Assembly: GCA_963797095.1 (NCBI GenBank)
Contig: CAWCNY010000004.1
Span: forward strand, 480,001-544,000
Reading direction: 5' to 3'
DNA: 64,000 bases
DNA from: an uncultured Chloroflexia bacterium
GTDB lineage: Bacteria; Chloroflexota; Chloroflexia; QHBQ01; JADMIH01
Part shown: positions 19,340 through 28,472 of the stretch, piece by piece
Layout of the letters: each line of letters opens with the position of its first letter
Position numbering within the stretch: the stretch's first letter is position 1
Notes under the pieces: model-generated
The model's input: only the letters and a program-made list of their open reading frames with translations
What the model was told of the DNA's origin: nothing
The model's database searches: none
Made by a program: the position numbers and the translations under genes

Positions 19340-19879
19340 ATGACCAACCACCCCACACCCAGATCGCAACTCCGCATCGGCGGCAAACTCCCCCTTTTCT
19401 ACCTCCCATCGACCCAGGGTGGGCAATCCGGCCCATCAGCCATGCGCAGTAAGTATAATCTAGTGCTCGCCTTCTTGCCCGGTGCACCGCAGGCAGCCAG
19501 ATATCTCAGGGAAGTCGCTGAAATCTACCCGCAGATCTTGCGTAACGACGCCCGCCTGATCTCCGTCCTCGCATCAAATCTAGACACCACCCAACGCACA
19601 GCGCAAGCCCTCGAACTTTCGTTCACTCTCCTATCCGACGAAAACGCCGCCACCGCATCCTGCATACTTGGCGACTCCAACCGGGCAGCCCTCATCTCCA
19701 CAGATCGCTACGGCATAATCTACTTCACCGAACAAGCCCCCACGATCGACAAACTGCCTCAGCCCGATACGATCCTGGATTGGCTCGAATACATAGAGAT
19801 TCAGTGCCCCGAATGCACCGATGCCAACTCCAGCCCCTGGTTCCTCGATGAAAACAAAGAAGGGCTACCCACCAGGTAG
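19340..19879 (+). CDS. Redoxin/AhpC-TSA-fold protein lacking the active-site Cys, with C-terminal CPEC
   Basis: LRIGGKLPLF-LP, FTLLSD, DRYGII, IQCPEC. Confidence 0.7.
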   Translation: MTNHPTPRSQLRIGGKLPLFYLPSTQGGQSGPSAMRSKYNLVLAFLPGAPQAARYLREVAEIYPQILRNDARLISVLASNLDTTQRTAQALELSFTLLSDENAATASCILGDSNRAALISTDRYGIIYFTEQAPTIDKLPQPDTILDWLEYIEIQCPECTDANSSPWFLDENKEGLPTR

Positions 19880-19900
19880 CCCTCCTCAGTAAAACCACTC

Positions 19901-21181
19901 TTACTTTACTTCCACCATCCCCGCGATCCTGTTCCCCAACCTGATCGAATAGTTCTGTCCCCTGTCCTGCGGGTACACCTGGAACATATTCCCCATGTAC
20001 ACGTTCGGTAGAGGCGTCTTGAGCGGCGGGATATGCTGCGGGTACTCCTGCGTCACCACCGGCTGAGCGAAGGGTGCCTTGAACACCCACTTCTCCTCGA
20101 TCCAGCTTTCGTCAAATTCCGGGTTCAGCTTCTTCAAGTGTGGCATGAACTCCGCCAGCGTCTCATCGTCGCTCTGCTTGAAATACCTGTGCGACATCGG
20201 CAAATAATTCCCGATATACAGCAAATGCCGCCCCCCATACTCCTCGGTCTTCCTCATATTGGTGTGGTCCACCACCACCAGGAATGGGTAGCCGGGGTCG
20301 GCAATCGACAGCCAGTACACCGGGTCGAGCAGCGACTTCCGCAACGACAGGATCGCCACGTGCGCCCCCAGCGCATCGCCCCAATCGTACTTCTTCCTGT
20401 ACTCCTCAGGTAGCCCCTCGGTCAACCTCAAGAACAGCTTGGTCGGCAAACTTGATACCACAGCATCGAACACATAAGGCTCGCCGCTGTCCACCTCCAC
20501 CCGCGTCTTGCCGCCCTCCATGGGCGTGATCTTCGTCACCGCTGTCGCCAGCCTGATCGTCCCCCCCGCCTTCTCGATCTCCTCCCCCAGCCTCTCATAC
20601 ATCTGCTGGAAGCCCCCGTTCAAATACCCCAGGTCCAGGCTCCGCTCGTGCACCCGCGACCACAGCCACGACATCGAGATCTTGTCGTAGAAATCCCCGA
20701 ACTTCCCCACCAGCACGGGCTTGAACTGCATCTCGTAGGCGTCCTTCCCCATCCACTTGCGCATCCACTCCACAGCCGTGTACTTGTTCAATGCCTTGTA
20801 GTTGCCGGTCGCCTTCAGGAAAACCGTCGCCAGGACCAGGCGAATCCGGCCCACAAAAGGGATCGGGTAGTTCAGGAGCAGCTTGATGGGCGACAACTGC
20901 CAGAACTTCCCCTTATACAGAGTGGAAGTGTTCACATTGTGCCAGGTCAGCTTGTCGCCTAGCCCTAGCTCCTCGATCAGCGCCTGTATATCCTTGTCCG
21001 ACCTGAAAAGGTGGTGGTAAAACTTCTCCAGGTACGTGCCGCTGTCTCCCACCTGAAACCCTGCGGCCAACCCTCCCAGTTCAGTCTCCTTCTCGATAAG
21101 CGTTACCTGCGCCCCGCGCCGCGCCAGCCTCATAGCAGCCGTCAGCCCGAGCGCGCCACCGCCCAGCACACCGATATGCAT
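19901..21181 (-). CDS. FAD-dependent oxidoreductase (amine oxidase/protoporphyrinogen oxidase-like)
   Basis: GGGALG, EKETELGG, FYHHLF, YPQDRGQN. Confidence 0.9.
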   Translation of the reverse strand: MHIGVLGGGALGLTAAMRLARRGAQVTLIEKETELGGLAAGFQVGDSGTYLEKFYHHLFRSDKDIQALIEELGLGDKLTWHNVNTSTLYKGKFWQLSPIKLLLNYPIPFVGRIRLVLATVFLKATGNYKALNKYTAVEWMRKWMGKDAYEMQFKPVLVGKFGDFYDKISMSWLWSRVHERSLDLGYLNGGFQQMYERLGEEIEKAGGTIRLATAVTKITPMEGGKTRVEVDSGEPYVFDAVVSSLPTKLFLRLTEGLPEEYRKKYDWGDALGAHVAILSLRKSLLDPVYWLSIADPGYPFLVVVDHTNMRKTEEYGGRHLLYIGNYLPMSHRYFKQSDDETLAEFMPHLKKLNPEFDESWIEEKWVFKAPFAQPVVTQEYPQHIPPLKTPLPNVYMGNMFQVYPQDRGQNYSIRLGNRIAGMVEVK

Positions 21182-21197
21182 AATTCACTCCGTTCAT

Positions 21198-21248
21198 GAC
21201 GAAAGACGAAGGACGAAAGCTCCCTACCTTCGTCCTTCGTCTTTCGTC
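21198..21248. repeat. Head-to-head heptamer arrays forming a perfect 20-bp stem
   Basis: GACGAAAGACGAAGGACGAA (21198-21217) / TTCGTCCTTCGTCTTTCGTC (21229-21248), 11-nt loop. Confidence 0.9.
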
Positions 21249-21262
21249 CTTCGTTGTTCCTT

Positions 21263-21697
21263 CTAATCTTCAGAATATATATCCAGCGTCTTGCTCCCCA
21301 GTTTCGGGTCGAAGCCGGGGAAAGGCTTGCGAGTATCCCACTGGTATAAACAACTCGTCTCGTCTCTAGTATACAGGTCGCCACCCTGCATTCTGTACTG
21401 GTCAAATACAGCGGAGTACGACCCGCCCGGCGGGCCATCCCGCCTCATGCCGTCCGACCCATACGTGCCGTAATGCACTTCTACCAGCGGCATCTTCGCT
21501 TCCTGCGGGATGATCGTCTCCTGGAGCGGCTGCCATAAATTGGAGTCGAGCCACGCCTTCTCCTGCCGCCCTCTGAAAGTCAGCACCTTAAACACCTTCT
21601 TGCGCTTCTTGCCTCCGGTAGTGGCAAGCGCATTCTGCTCGTCCGCCGGAGCCTCAACCCAGGCCCCGTCGTTCCCGCCTTTCTTGAATTTCGGCAT
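21263..21697 (-). CDS. Hypothetical protein
   Basis: 144-aa ORF with GGGGGA RBS-like sequence; no family recognised. Confidence 0.65.
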   Translation of the reverse strand: MPKFKKGGNDGAWVEAPADEQNALATTGGKKRKKVFKVLTFRGRQEKAWLDSNLWQPLQETIIPQEAKMPLVEVHYGTYGSDGMRRDGPPGGSYSAVFDQYRMQGGDLYTRDETSCLYQWDTRKPFPGFDPKLGSKTLDIYSED

Positions 21698-21843
21698 TTC
21701 GTTCCCCCGACAATTGAGTTATCAGCACAGATAATACCAAAGATCATCATAGCATGGATCGTACCTCCTGGCAAGCCTATCGAAAACTGGTTCTTGTCCC
21801 ACAAGAGGTGGGGAGTAGTAGGGGCTAGGATGTCGCAATAAGC

Positions 21844-22300
21844 TGTAGGAGCACCTACAAGGGTCCCTGGTGGAGAGAGATCGGGATAAGCGTACAGGGC
21901 ACCCACCAGGGGCAATGTTGTCGCACAAAAACCTCGAAGATGGTCTGAGTACGAGCGCTCCTCGTTGGCGACATACTCGCATGCCGCCCTCGCGAATAGT
22001 TCCGTAGGGACGGCATAGGGTAGCCCTGTGGTAAGCCCTGTGGTAAGCCCAGGATAATGCCATAGCCCCGTAGGGGCGTAAGAACAAGATCTCTACAGTC
22101 CTGTATGATGCAATGCTAGTGCTCTTACGTCCCTACTGGACTACTTGGCTTGGGTGGCAATCCATCTGGGCACCCCCTGGTGGTTGCGCCCCACAACCTG
22201 TATCTTTATGCGACAACATTGGTAGCACCCCCTGGTGGGTGGCCTGTTGGGAGCGATCATGGCAGGCGTACAGGACACCCCCCACAAGAGGCGCCTCTAC
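21844..22300. repeat. Mosaic of degenerate REP-like elements (BIME-like)
   Basis: Inverted pair 21894-21928 / 22205-22247; GCCCCGTAGGGGC and CGTCCCTAC hairpins; AGCCCTGTGGTA tandem; degenerate GGGCACCCACAAGGGG-type units. Confidence 0.65.
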
Positions 22301-22355
22301 AGAGCTTTTAGCCGCAAGCTTGAACATTTACCAGCAGCTGCGCCTCCTCCTACTA

Positions 22356-22384
22356 TTGACATCCTCGCCGCCAAGTAGTACATT
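22356..22384 (+). promoter_or_regulatory. sigma70 promoter, probably leaderless transcript
   Basis: TTGACA-17 bp-TACATT, 6 nt before GTG 22391. Confidence 0.65.
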
Positions 22385-22390
22385 GGCATT

Positions 22391-23293
22391 GTGAGAAAAA
22401 TCACAAGAAGTAAAGCAATGAAAGCTCTCTCCAATCCTATCAAACGTGCCCTTCGCGTCGCCCTGGTCCTTCCGTTTGTAGGTCTTGTTCTTTACCTGGT
22501 CCGGAATACCCGCTACATCGCCGGGGCGCTCCGAGAAGGTATCTCTCCAGGCAACATCCTCCGCGCCCTAGTCCCCCGCCACCCGATCCCCATGCGGACC
22601 ATCTTCCGTGAGTGCTTCCTCGTCAACTTCTCGGTAGATCCTGCCGTCTTGCGACGCCATCTGCCCGTAGGCATCGAGCCTGATTTGTACGCTGGCAAAT
22701 CCTGGCTCTCGATAGTGATAGCGCACATGGACCGCATGCGCCCTGCATTTCTGCCCCCCAACTTCGGCGTCACCTACGACCAGATTGTATACCGCGCCGT
22801 CGTGCGCTACCGGAATGAGCGTGGGGTCTACTTCCTCAGGAGCGACGCCAACAACTTCTTCATGAGCCTCGCGGGAGATCTCCTCACCTTCTTCCGCTTC
22901 CACCATTCGCCGAGCCATTTCGAGGTGAAAAACCATCAGGTTCGGTGCGATCTCACCACCCCACCCGGCGAGCAAGCCGGCATCCACGCCACCTATAACC
23001 TGCTCAGTGCCACCCACTCCATGCCATCCAGCTCACTTTTCGCCGACCTGCCCGAAGCTCAACGCTTCCTGGTAGAACTCTTCGTAGCATTCGGCACCAT
23101 TCCACCCGCACCCGATGTCCTGAAGGTCCGTATCAAGCGCGGTGAATGGCATATCTCGGTGGTCGACGACCTTCGCGGCCAATACCAATTCATGCAAGAT
23201 AGCCCTCTGTTCCCACCCGGCAGCGCTCAACTCAACTCCATCTTCTACGTCAAAGAGCTACCTTATTACTGGCACACTTTGGAGCGCTCATGA
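22391..23293 (+). CDS. DUF2071/YqjF-like (acetoacetate decarboxylase-like fold) protein
   Basis: FLVNFSVDP..LRRHLP, WLSIV, RGVYFLRSD. Confidence 0.75.
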   Translation: MRKITRSKAMKALSNPIKRALRVALVLPFVGLVLYLVRNTRYIAGALREGISPGNILRALVPRHPIPMRTIFRECFLVNFSVDPAVLRRHLPVGIEPDLYAGKSWLSIVIAHMDRMRPAFLPPNFGVTYDQIVYRAVVRYRNERGVYFLRSDANNFFMSLAGDLLTFFRFHHSPSHFEVKNHQVRCDLTTPPGEQAGIHATYNLLSATHSMPSSSLFADLPEAQRFLVELFVAFGTIPPAPDVLKVRIKRGEWHISVVDDLRGQYQFMQDSPLFPPGSAQLNSIFYVKELPYYWHTLERS

Positions 23294-23724
23294 TGAATCC
23301 CCCCTCCCATGACCCTCTTGGCAAATACAGTCCCTGGTTGTACGCCGCGGCTCTTTACAATTTCATATGGGGCCCAGTCAACATCCTGTTCCCACGCTTC
23401 CTGTTCGATCTGATCGGCGTGCCTCCACCCAACGTCCTGCCCTTGTGGTCGGTAGTAGGCATGTTCGTCCTCGTTTATGCGCCTGCCTACTGGTGGGCGG
23501 CCCGCTACCCATCCCGCCATACCCACCTCGTCCTCATCGGCATGCTAGGCAAAATACTCGGCCCGCTCGGCTTCGCATGGTCAGCCCTCACAGGCCAGCT
23601 ACCCCTCGCTTTCGGCTGGACCATCCTCACCAATGACCTGATCTGGTGGCCCTCCTTCATCTTCTACCTCCGCGACGCAGCACAACAGGCGGGCGGCTGG
23701 CCCGCCTTCCTCAAGGGCGAATAA
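23290..23724 (+). CDS. Small four-TM membrane protein
   Basis: ATGA overlap with upstream gene; YNFIWG, GKILGPLGF, NDLIWW. Confidence 0.75.
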   Translation: MMNPPSHDPLGKYSPWLYAAALYNFIWGPVNILFPRFLFDLIGVPPPNVLPLWSVVGMFVLVYAPAYWWAARYPSRHTHLVLIGMLGKILGPLGFAWSALTGQLPLAFGWTILTNDLIWWPSFIFYLRDAAQQAGGWPAFLKGE

Positions 23725-23746
23725 CATTGTTGTATAATTCCCTTGT

Positions 23747-25237
23747 ATGTCAGAGCTACTTTTCCTGGACAAAACACCCACAACGCCCGCCGAAAGCGCT
23801 ACGCACGCCCCGCGCATAGCCTTCGCAACCCTCGGCTGCAAAGTCAACCAGAGCGACACCCAGAAGGCCATCGCCGACTTCCGCGCCGCCGGTTGGCGCA
23901 TCGTCCCCCCCACCTCCCCCGCCGAAGTCTACGTTGTCAACACCTGCTCGGTCACCCACGTAGCCGACCGCAAGAGCCGCGCCTGGCTGCGCCGCTCGGC
24001 CCGCGCCAACCCCCATGCCCTGGTTGTCGCTACCGGCTGCTACGCCGAATCGGGCAAATCCACCCTCGAACAGATGGACGAGGTGGGCCTCATCATAGGC
24101 TACAAGCAAAAAGACGATCTCCTCTCGCTGGTATCAGAGCAGATGTCAGCCCGAGGTCACGTATCACGTATCACGTATCACAACAATTCCGCACTCCAAA
24201 CTCCGCATTCCGAACTAGCACAGCCTTCCTGGCTCACGGGCGAAGACGCAGACCCCGACTTCAAGTCCCGCACCCGTGCCATGGTCAAGATCGAGGACGG
24301 CTGCAACGACTTCTGCACTTTCTGCATAATCCCCTTCACGCGCGGCATGCCCCGCTCCACCTCCACCAACCGCGCCATCGACCTCGTAAACGCCCGCCTC
24401 GCCGAGGGCTACAAGGAAATCGTCCTTACAGGCGTGCACATGGGCAAATACGGCCAGGATCACGCTCAGCGCAAGCGCGCCGCCACCGACCCCACCGAGG
24501 CCCCAGACCTCCCCGGCGTAGTCCGCGCCATCCTTGAGCGCACCGCCGTCCCTCGCCTCCGCATCACCTCAGTCGAGCCAACCGACGCCATCATGATGCT
24601 CCCTCTCCTGGCCGACCCCGCCTTCCACGGACGCCTCGCTCCTCATCTCCACCTCCCCCTCCAGAGCGGCTGCGACCCCACCCTTGCCCGCATGAAGCGC
24701 GACTACACCACCGCCGAGTTCGCCGAAGTAGTCCGCCAATGCCGCCGGGCCGTCCCGAACATAGCCATCACCACCGACCTGATCACAGGCTTCCCCGCCG
24801 AAACCGAGGAAGAATGGCAGCAAACCCTCGATTTCGTCCGCACTATAGAGTTCTCCAGAATCCACGTCTTCCCCTACTCGCAACGCCCCGGCACCCCCGC
24901 CTCATCCATGCCCGACCAGGTCCACCCCGACACCCGCCACAATCGCACCCTCCAGATGATGCAACTCAGCGAAGCAGCCGAATCCACCTACGCAATCCAG
25001 CAGTTGGGGCAGACCAGGACGGTGCTGTGGGAAATGAGCCAGGAAGAACTATCTGCAGGCGGCCAGATATGGTCCGGCCTTACCGACAACTACCTCCGAG
25101 TTCATACCCGCACGCGCCAGGACCTCTGCAACAAGATCACGCCCGCCGCGCTGACTTCCTATGATGCCGGGGGCCTATGGGCCACAGTCCCCCAGGACCC
25201 ACCAACCACCAACCACCAACCACCAACCACCAACTAG
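23747..25237 (+). CDS. mtaB: tRNA t6A methylthiotransferase (radical SAM)
   Basis: TLGCKVNQ, VNTCSVT, TGCYA, KIEDGCNDFCTFCIIP, HLPLQSG, HVFPYS-RPGT. Confidence 0.93.
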   Translation: MSELLFLDKTPTTPAESATHAPRIAFATLGCKVNQSDTQKAIADFRAAGWRIVPPTSPAEVYVVNTCSVTHVADRKSRAWLRRSARANPHALVVATGCYAESGKSTLEQMDEVGLIIGYKQKDDLLSLVSEQMSARGHVSRITYHNNSALQTPHSELAQPSWLTGEDADPDFKSRTRAMVKIEDGCNDFCTFCIIPFTRGMPRSTSTNRAIDLVNARLAEGYKEIVLTGVHMGKYGQDHAQRKRAATDPTEAPDLPGVVRAILERTAVPRLRITSVEPTDAIMMLPLLADPAFHGRLAPHLHLPLQSGCDPTLARMKRDYTTAEFAEVVRQCRRAVPNIAITTDLITGFPAETEEEWQQTLDFVRTIEFSRIHVFPYSQRPGTPASSMPDQVHPDTRHNRTLQMMQLSEAAESTYAIQQLGQTRTVLWEMSQEELSAGGQIWSGLTDNYLRVHTRTRQDLCNKITPAALTSYDAGGLWATVPQDPPTTNHQPPTTN

Positions 25238-25289
25238 GAACCAGGAACCAGGAACGGTCGTCCGCCGACTACCGACTGCCGACCACCGA
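25199..25289. repeat. Mixed heptamer array (CCACCAA x5, CYAGGAA x3, CYRCCGA x4)
   Basis: Overlaps the mtaB 3' end and following intergenic gap. Confidence 0.9.
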
Positions 25290-25291
25290 CA

Positions 25292-25594
25292 ATGACCGAA
25301 TCCTCCGCCCGCACCATCCTGACCGTATCAGGCACAACCGCCACCATCGCCTATATTCTGGCGATATACTTCGGCCTGCGCGGCGACCAGCTACTCTCAA
25401 TAGCTCTCTTCATAGTCGCCATCGCCGACAGCATAATAGCCTACGTCTTCTACCGCCAGTACACCCGCCTCAGAGACAACCGCTGGAACGACGAAATCCA
25501 GGAACTAAACAAGAAAATGTCCGACCTCCTGACGGGAGACAACCCATCCAACGAAGCCAAAACCGGTGAAACGCAAGCGACAAGCGACGAATAA
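25292..25594 (+). CDS. Hypothetical two-TM membrane protein
   Basis: Two hydrophobic helices plus charged tail. Confidence 0.6.
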   Translation: MTESSARTILTVSGTTATIAYILAIYFGLRGDQLLSIALFIVAIADSIIAYVFYRQYTRLRDNRWNDEIQELNKKMSDLLTGDNPSNEAKTGETQATSDE

Positions 25595-25648
25595 CAAATA
25601 ACAAGCGCACCTAAATCCGAAATCCGCAATCTAAAATCCGAAATCAAA
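25576..25648. repeat. Heptamer array (AGCGACA, AATAACA, AATCCGA types)
   Basis: Direct reading; AATCCGA type recurs at 25914-25941 and 29039-29073. Confidence 0.8.
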
Positions 25649-25650
25649 AG

Positions 25651-25953
25651 ATGCCCGACTCCAAAACACAACGTATAATAGGCTGGGCCGCTTTCGCAGG
25701 CGTGCTAGTAGCCTGCTCTGCCTGCGGCCTCATCTGGCAAAATCAGGTGCAAGCCGCCGTGATCGCCATCATAGTCGCCGATATCGTCCTCCTACCCACC
25801 TTCATGATCCTCCTGCGCACCCGCCGCCGCACCAAAAAGATCGTCCGCCAACAAGAAGAAGTACAGCAAGAGCAATTGGACGCGCTCGCGGGTGTTGGCG
25901 ACCTGGCCCAACCAATCCACAATCCGAAATCCGAAATCCAAAATGAACATTGA
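25651..25953 (+). CDS. Hypothetical two-TM membrane protein
   Basis: Two hydrophobic helices, basic then Q/E-rich tail; same architecture as 25292..25594. Confidence 0.6.
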   Translation: MPDSKTQRIIGWAAFAGVLVACSACGLIWQNQVQAAVIAIIVADIVLLPTFMILLRTRRRTKKIVRQQEEVQQEQLDALAGVGDLAQPIHNPKSEIQNEH

Positions 25954-27265
25954 CCGCTACACCAACCCAAGAATGGGCCAACTCTGGTCCGCCCAACACA
26001 AAGTCGACCTCTGGTGGCGAGTAGAATTGGCCGTCTGCGAAGCCTGGGCCGAGGCGGGCCGCATCCCCACCGACATCCTCTCCACCCTCCGCGAAGGCAA
26101 GATCGACCTAGACCTCATGAACGAGTACGAGCAGCAGACCGATCACGACGTGATCGCCTTCCTCAAAGCCGCCACCGACTCACTCCCCGACCCCGACGCC
26201 GCCCGCTACGTCCACCTCGGCCTCACCTCCTCCGACGTGGTCGACACTGCCTTTGCCCTCCAGATCAAAGAGGCCATGAGCGTCATCCTCGATGATGTTG
26301 AAACTCTCCGCGTCACCCTGGCCGCCCTGGCCCTCGAACACAAGCACACCGTGATGATCGGGCGCACCCACGGCATCCACGCCGAGCCTATCACCTTCGG
26401 CCTCAAGCTCCTCGTCTGGTACGACGAAATAGGCCGCCACCTCAAGCGCCTCGAAGCCGCCCGCGACGATGTATCTACAGGCAAGATTTCGGGCGCGGTA
26501 GGCACCCACGCCAACGTCCCACCCGACGTAGAAGACAGCGCCCTCGCCCGCCTCGGTCTCGCCACAGACCCCGTAAGCAACCAGATCGTCCAGCGCGACC
26601 GCCACGCCGCCGTCCTCAACGCCCTAGCCCTCCTCGCCTCATCCCTCGACAAGTTCGCCACCGAAATCCGTCACCTCGCCCGCACCGAAGTACGCGAGGT
26701 CGAAGAGCCATTCGGTGCCTCCCAGCAGGGCTCATCCTCCATGCCCCACAAGCGCAACCCCCACAAGAGCGAGCGCGTAAGCGGCCTGGCCCGCGTCCTG
26801 CGTGGCTTCGCCCTCACCGGCATGGAAGACATCCCCCTCTGGCACGAACGCGACATCTCCCACTCCTCCGCGGAGCGCGTCATCTTCCCCGGCTCCTTCA
26901 TCCTGTCCGACTACATCCTCACCCAGATGGACTCCATCCTCAACGGCCTGCGCGTCTTCCCGGGTCGCATGAAGCGCAACCTCGAATCCACGGGCGGCCT
27001 GGTCTTCTCCCAGCCCATCCTCCTGGCCCTCACCGAAAGTGGCCTCGACCGTCAGGTTGCCTACAAGATAGTCCAACGCCACGCCATGGCCGCCTGGGAC
27101 ACCGACTCTCGCGGCGAAACCGGTCCAACCTTCATCGAGCGCATCAGCACCGACGAAGAGGTGCGCGCCCACCTCTCCACCGACCAACTGCGCGACCTCA
27201 CCAGCATAGACCGCCATCTCGCCTACATAGACGAAGCCTATCGCCGCGTCGGCCTCGAAAGCTAA
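25943..27265 (+). CDS. purB: Adenylosuccinate lyase
   Basis: IDRY, HDVIAF, HLGLTSSD, GRTHG, GSSSMPHKRNP, WHERDISHSSAER. Confidence 0.97.
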   Translation: MNIDRYTNPRMGQLWSAQHKVDLWWRVELAVCEAWAEAGRIPTDILSTLREGKIDLDLMNEYEQQTDHDVIAFLKAATDSLPDPDAARYVHLGLTSSDVVDTAFALQIKEAMSVILDDVETLRVTLAALALEHKHTVMIGRTHGIHAEPITFGLKLLVWYDEIGRHLKRLEAARDDVSTGKISGAVGTHANVPPDVEDSALARLGLATDPVSNQIVQRDRHAAVLNALALLASSLDKFATEIRHLARTEVREVEEPFGASQQGSSSMPHKRNPHKSERVSGLARVLRGFALTGMEDIPLWHERDISHSSAERVIFPGSFILSDYILTQMDSILNGLRVFPGRMKRNLESTGGLVFSQPILLALTESGLDRQVAYKIVQRHAMAAWDTDSRGETGPTFIERISTDEEVRAHLSTDQLRDLTSIDRHLAYIDEAYRRVGLES

Positions 27266-27323
27266 CCCAATTGACAACACCCACGGCCTGCGCGACCTGC
27301 TATCGCATCACTAAAAGGTAGGC

Positions 27324-28154
27324 ATGAGCACTCCGTACCACACCGACCGAGACTATCTCGCCAATGAGCAGTACAAAGATTCCTCCCGGTTCAACGCCCG
27401 CGTCCGTCTCCATGCCCTTTACAGCACCAACCCCTATGGTTGGCCCCGCTGGGTCTTCGACCATATTACCCTGCCCGACCCCGCCCGCCTTCTCGAAGTA
27501 GGCTGCGGCCCCGGCTACCTCTGGCGCTCAAACGCCGATCAACTCTCCCCCGACTGGCGCATCACCCTCACCGACCTCTCCACAGGCATGGTTGGCGAGG
27601 CCCGCGAGCGTATGTCCGACTTCGACATCTTCTCCTATGCCTGCACCGATGTCCTCTCTCTCCCCTTCCCCGACAACACCTTCGGTGCGGTACTCGCCAT
27701 GCACATGCTCTACCACGTCCCCGACCGTCCCACCGCCCTCCGCGAAATCAAGCGTGTCCTCAAGCCCGGCGGCTCTCTCTACGCCTCCACCCTCGGCAAC
27801 GACAACATGAAAGAGCTTCGCGAGCTACTCGCTCCCTTCAGCCTCCGCGCAGCTCGCAGCCTCACATTCGGCGCGCCCGGCTCGGGAACAGACGGCGCTT
27901 TCAACCTCGAACACGGCGGCGAAGAGCTACAATCTATCTTCGGCAATGTCCAACGCCATCTCTACGAAGACAGCCTCCAGGTAACCAGCCCTGAGCCTGT
28001 AGTAGACTACATACTCTCCATGTCCCACCGCCCCGACATAGAAGAAAGACGCCCAGGCCTCACCAAAATCATCGAATGGGCCATAGAGCGCGAAGGCGGC
28101 TCAATGCACATCTCCAAGAGCAGCGGCCTCTTCACAGCCCGCAAACAAGCCTAG
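27324..28154 (+). CDS. Class I SAM-dependent methyltransferase
   Basis: LEVGCGPG, DLSTGM, HMLYHVPD, RVLKPGG. Confidence 0.9.
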   Translation: MSTPYHTDRDYLANEQYKDSSRFNARVRLHALYSTNPYGWPRWVFDHITLPDPARLLEVGCGPGYLWRSNADQLSPDWRITLTDLSTGMVGEARERMSDFDIFSYACTDVLSLPFPDNTFGAVLAMHMLYHVPDRPTALREIKRVLKPGGSLYASTLGNDNMKELRELLAPFSLRAARSLTFGAPGSGTDGAFNLEHGGEELQSIFGNVQRHLYEDSLQVTSPEPVVDYILSMSHRPDIEERRPGLTKIIEWAIEREGGSMHISKSSGLFTARKQA

Positions 28155-28472
28155 CCTCCGCCCCCGCCACAGTCACCCTCATACCCTACTCCACCGACAC
28201 CCTTACCATCACACCCACCACCCCACGCCCTACGTCACCGATACGCCTACCGGCGTGCCCACCCATACATCAACTCCATTTGCCACCGATACCAGCACAA
28301 CCATCCCAACCGGCCTGCGTAACAGGCACAGCCACGCCCACCGCCATTCTTAGCCCTCGAAGCCGGGTAATTCCTGCTTTAGACCGATGCGACTTCCGCG
28401 CTATTTGATATAATTGGCATAATATTAGATAAATATGCAAGCACCCACATTGCGAAAGGAACCTGCCCAGTA

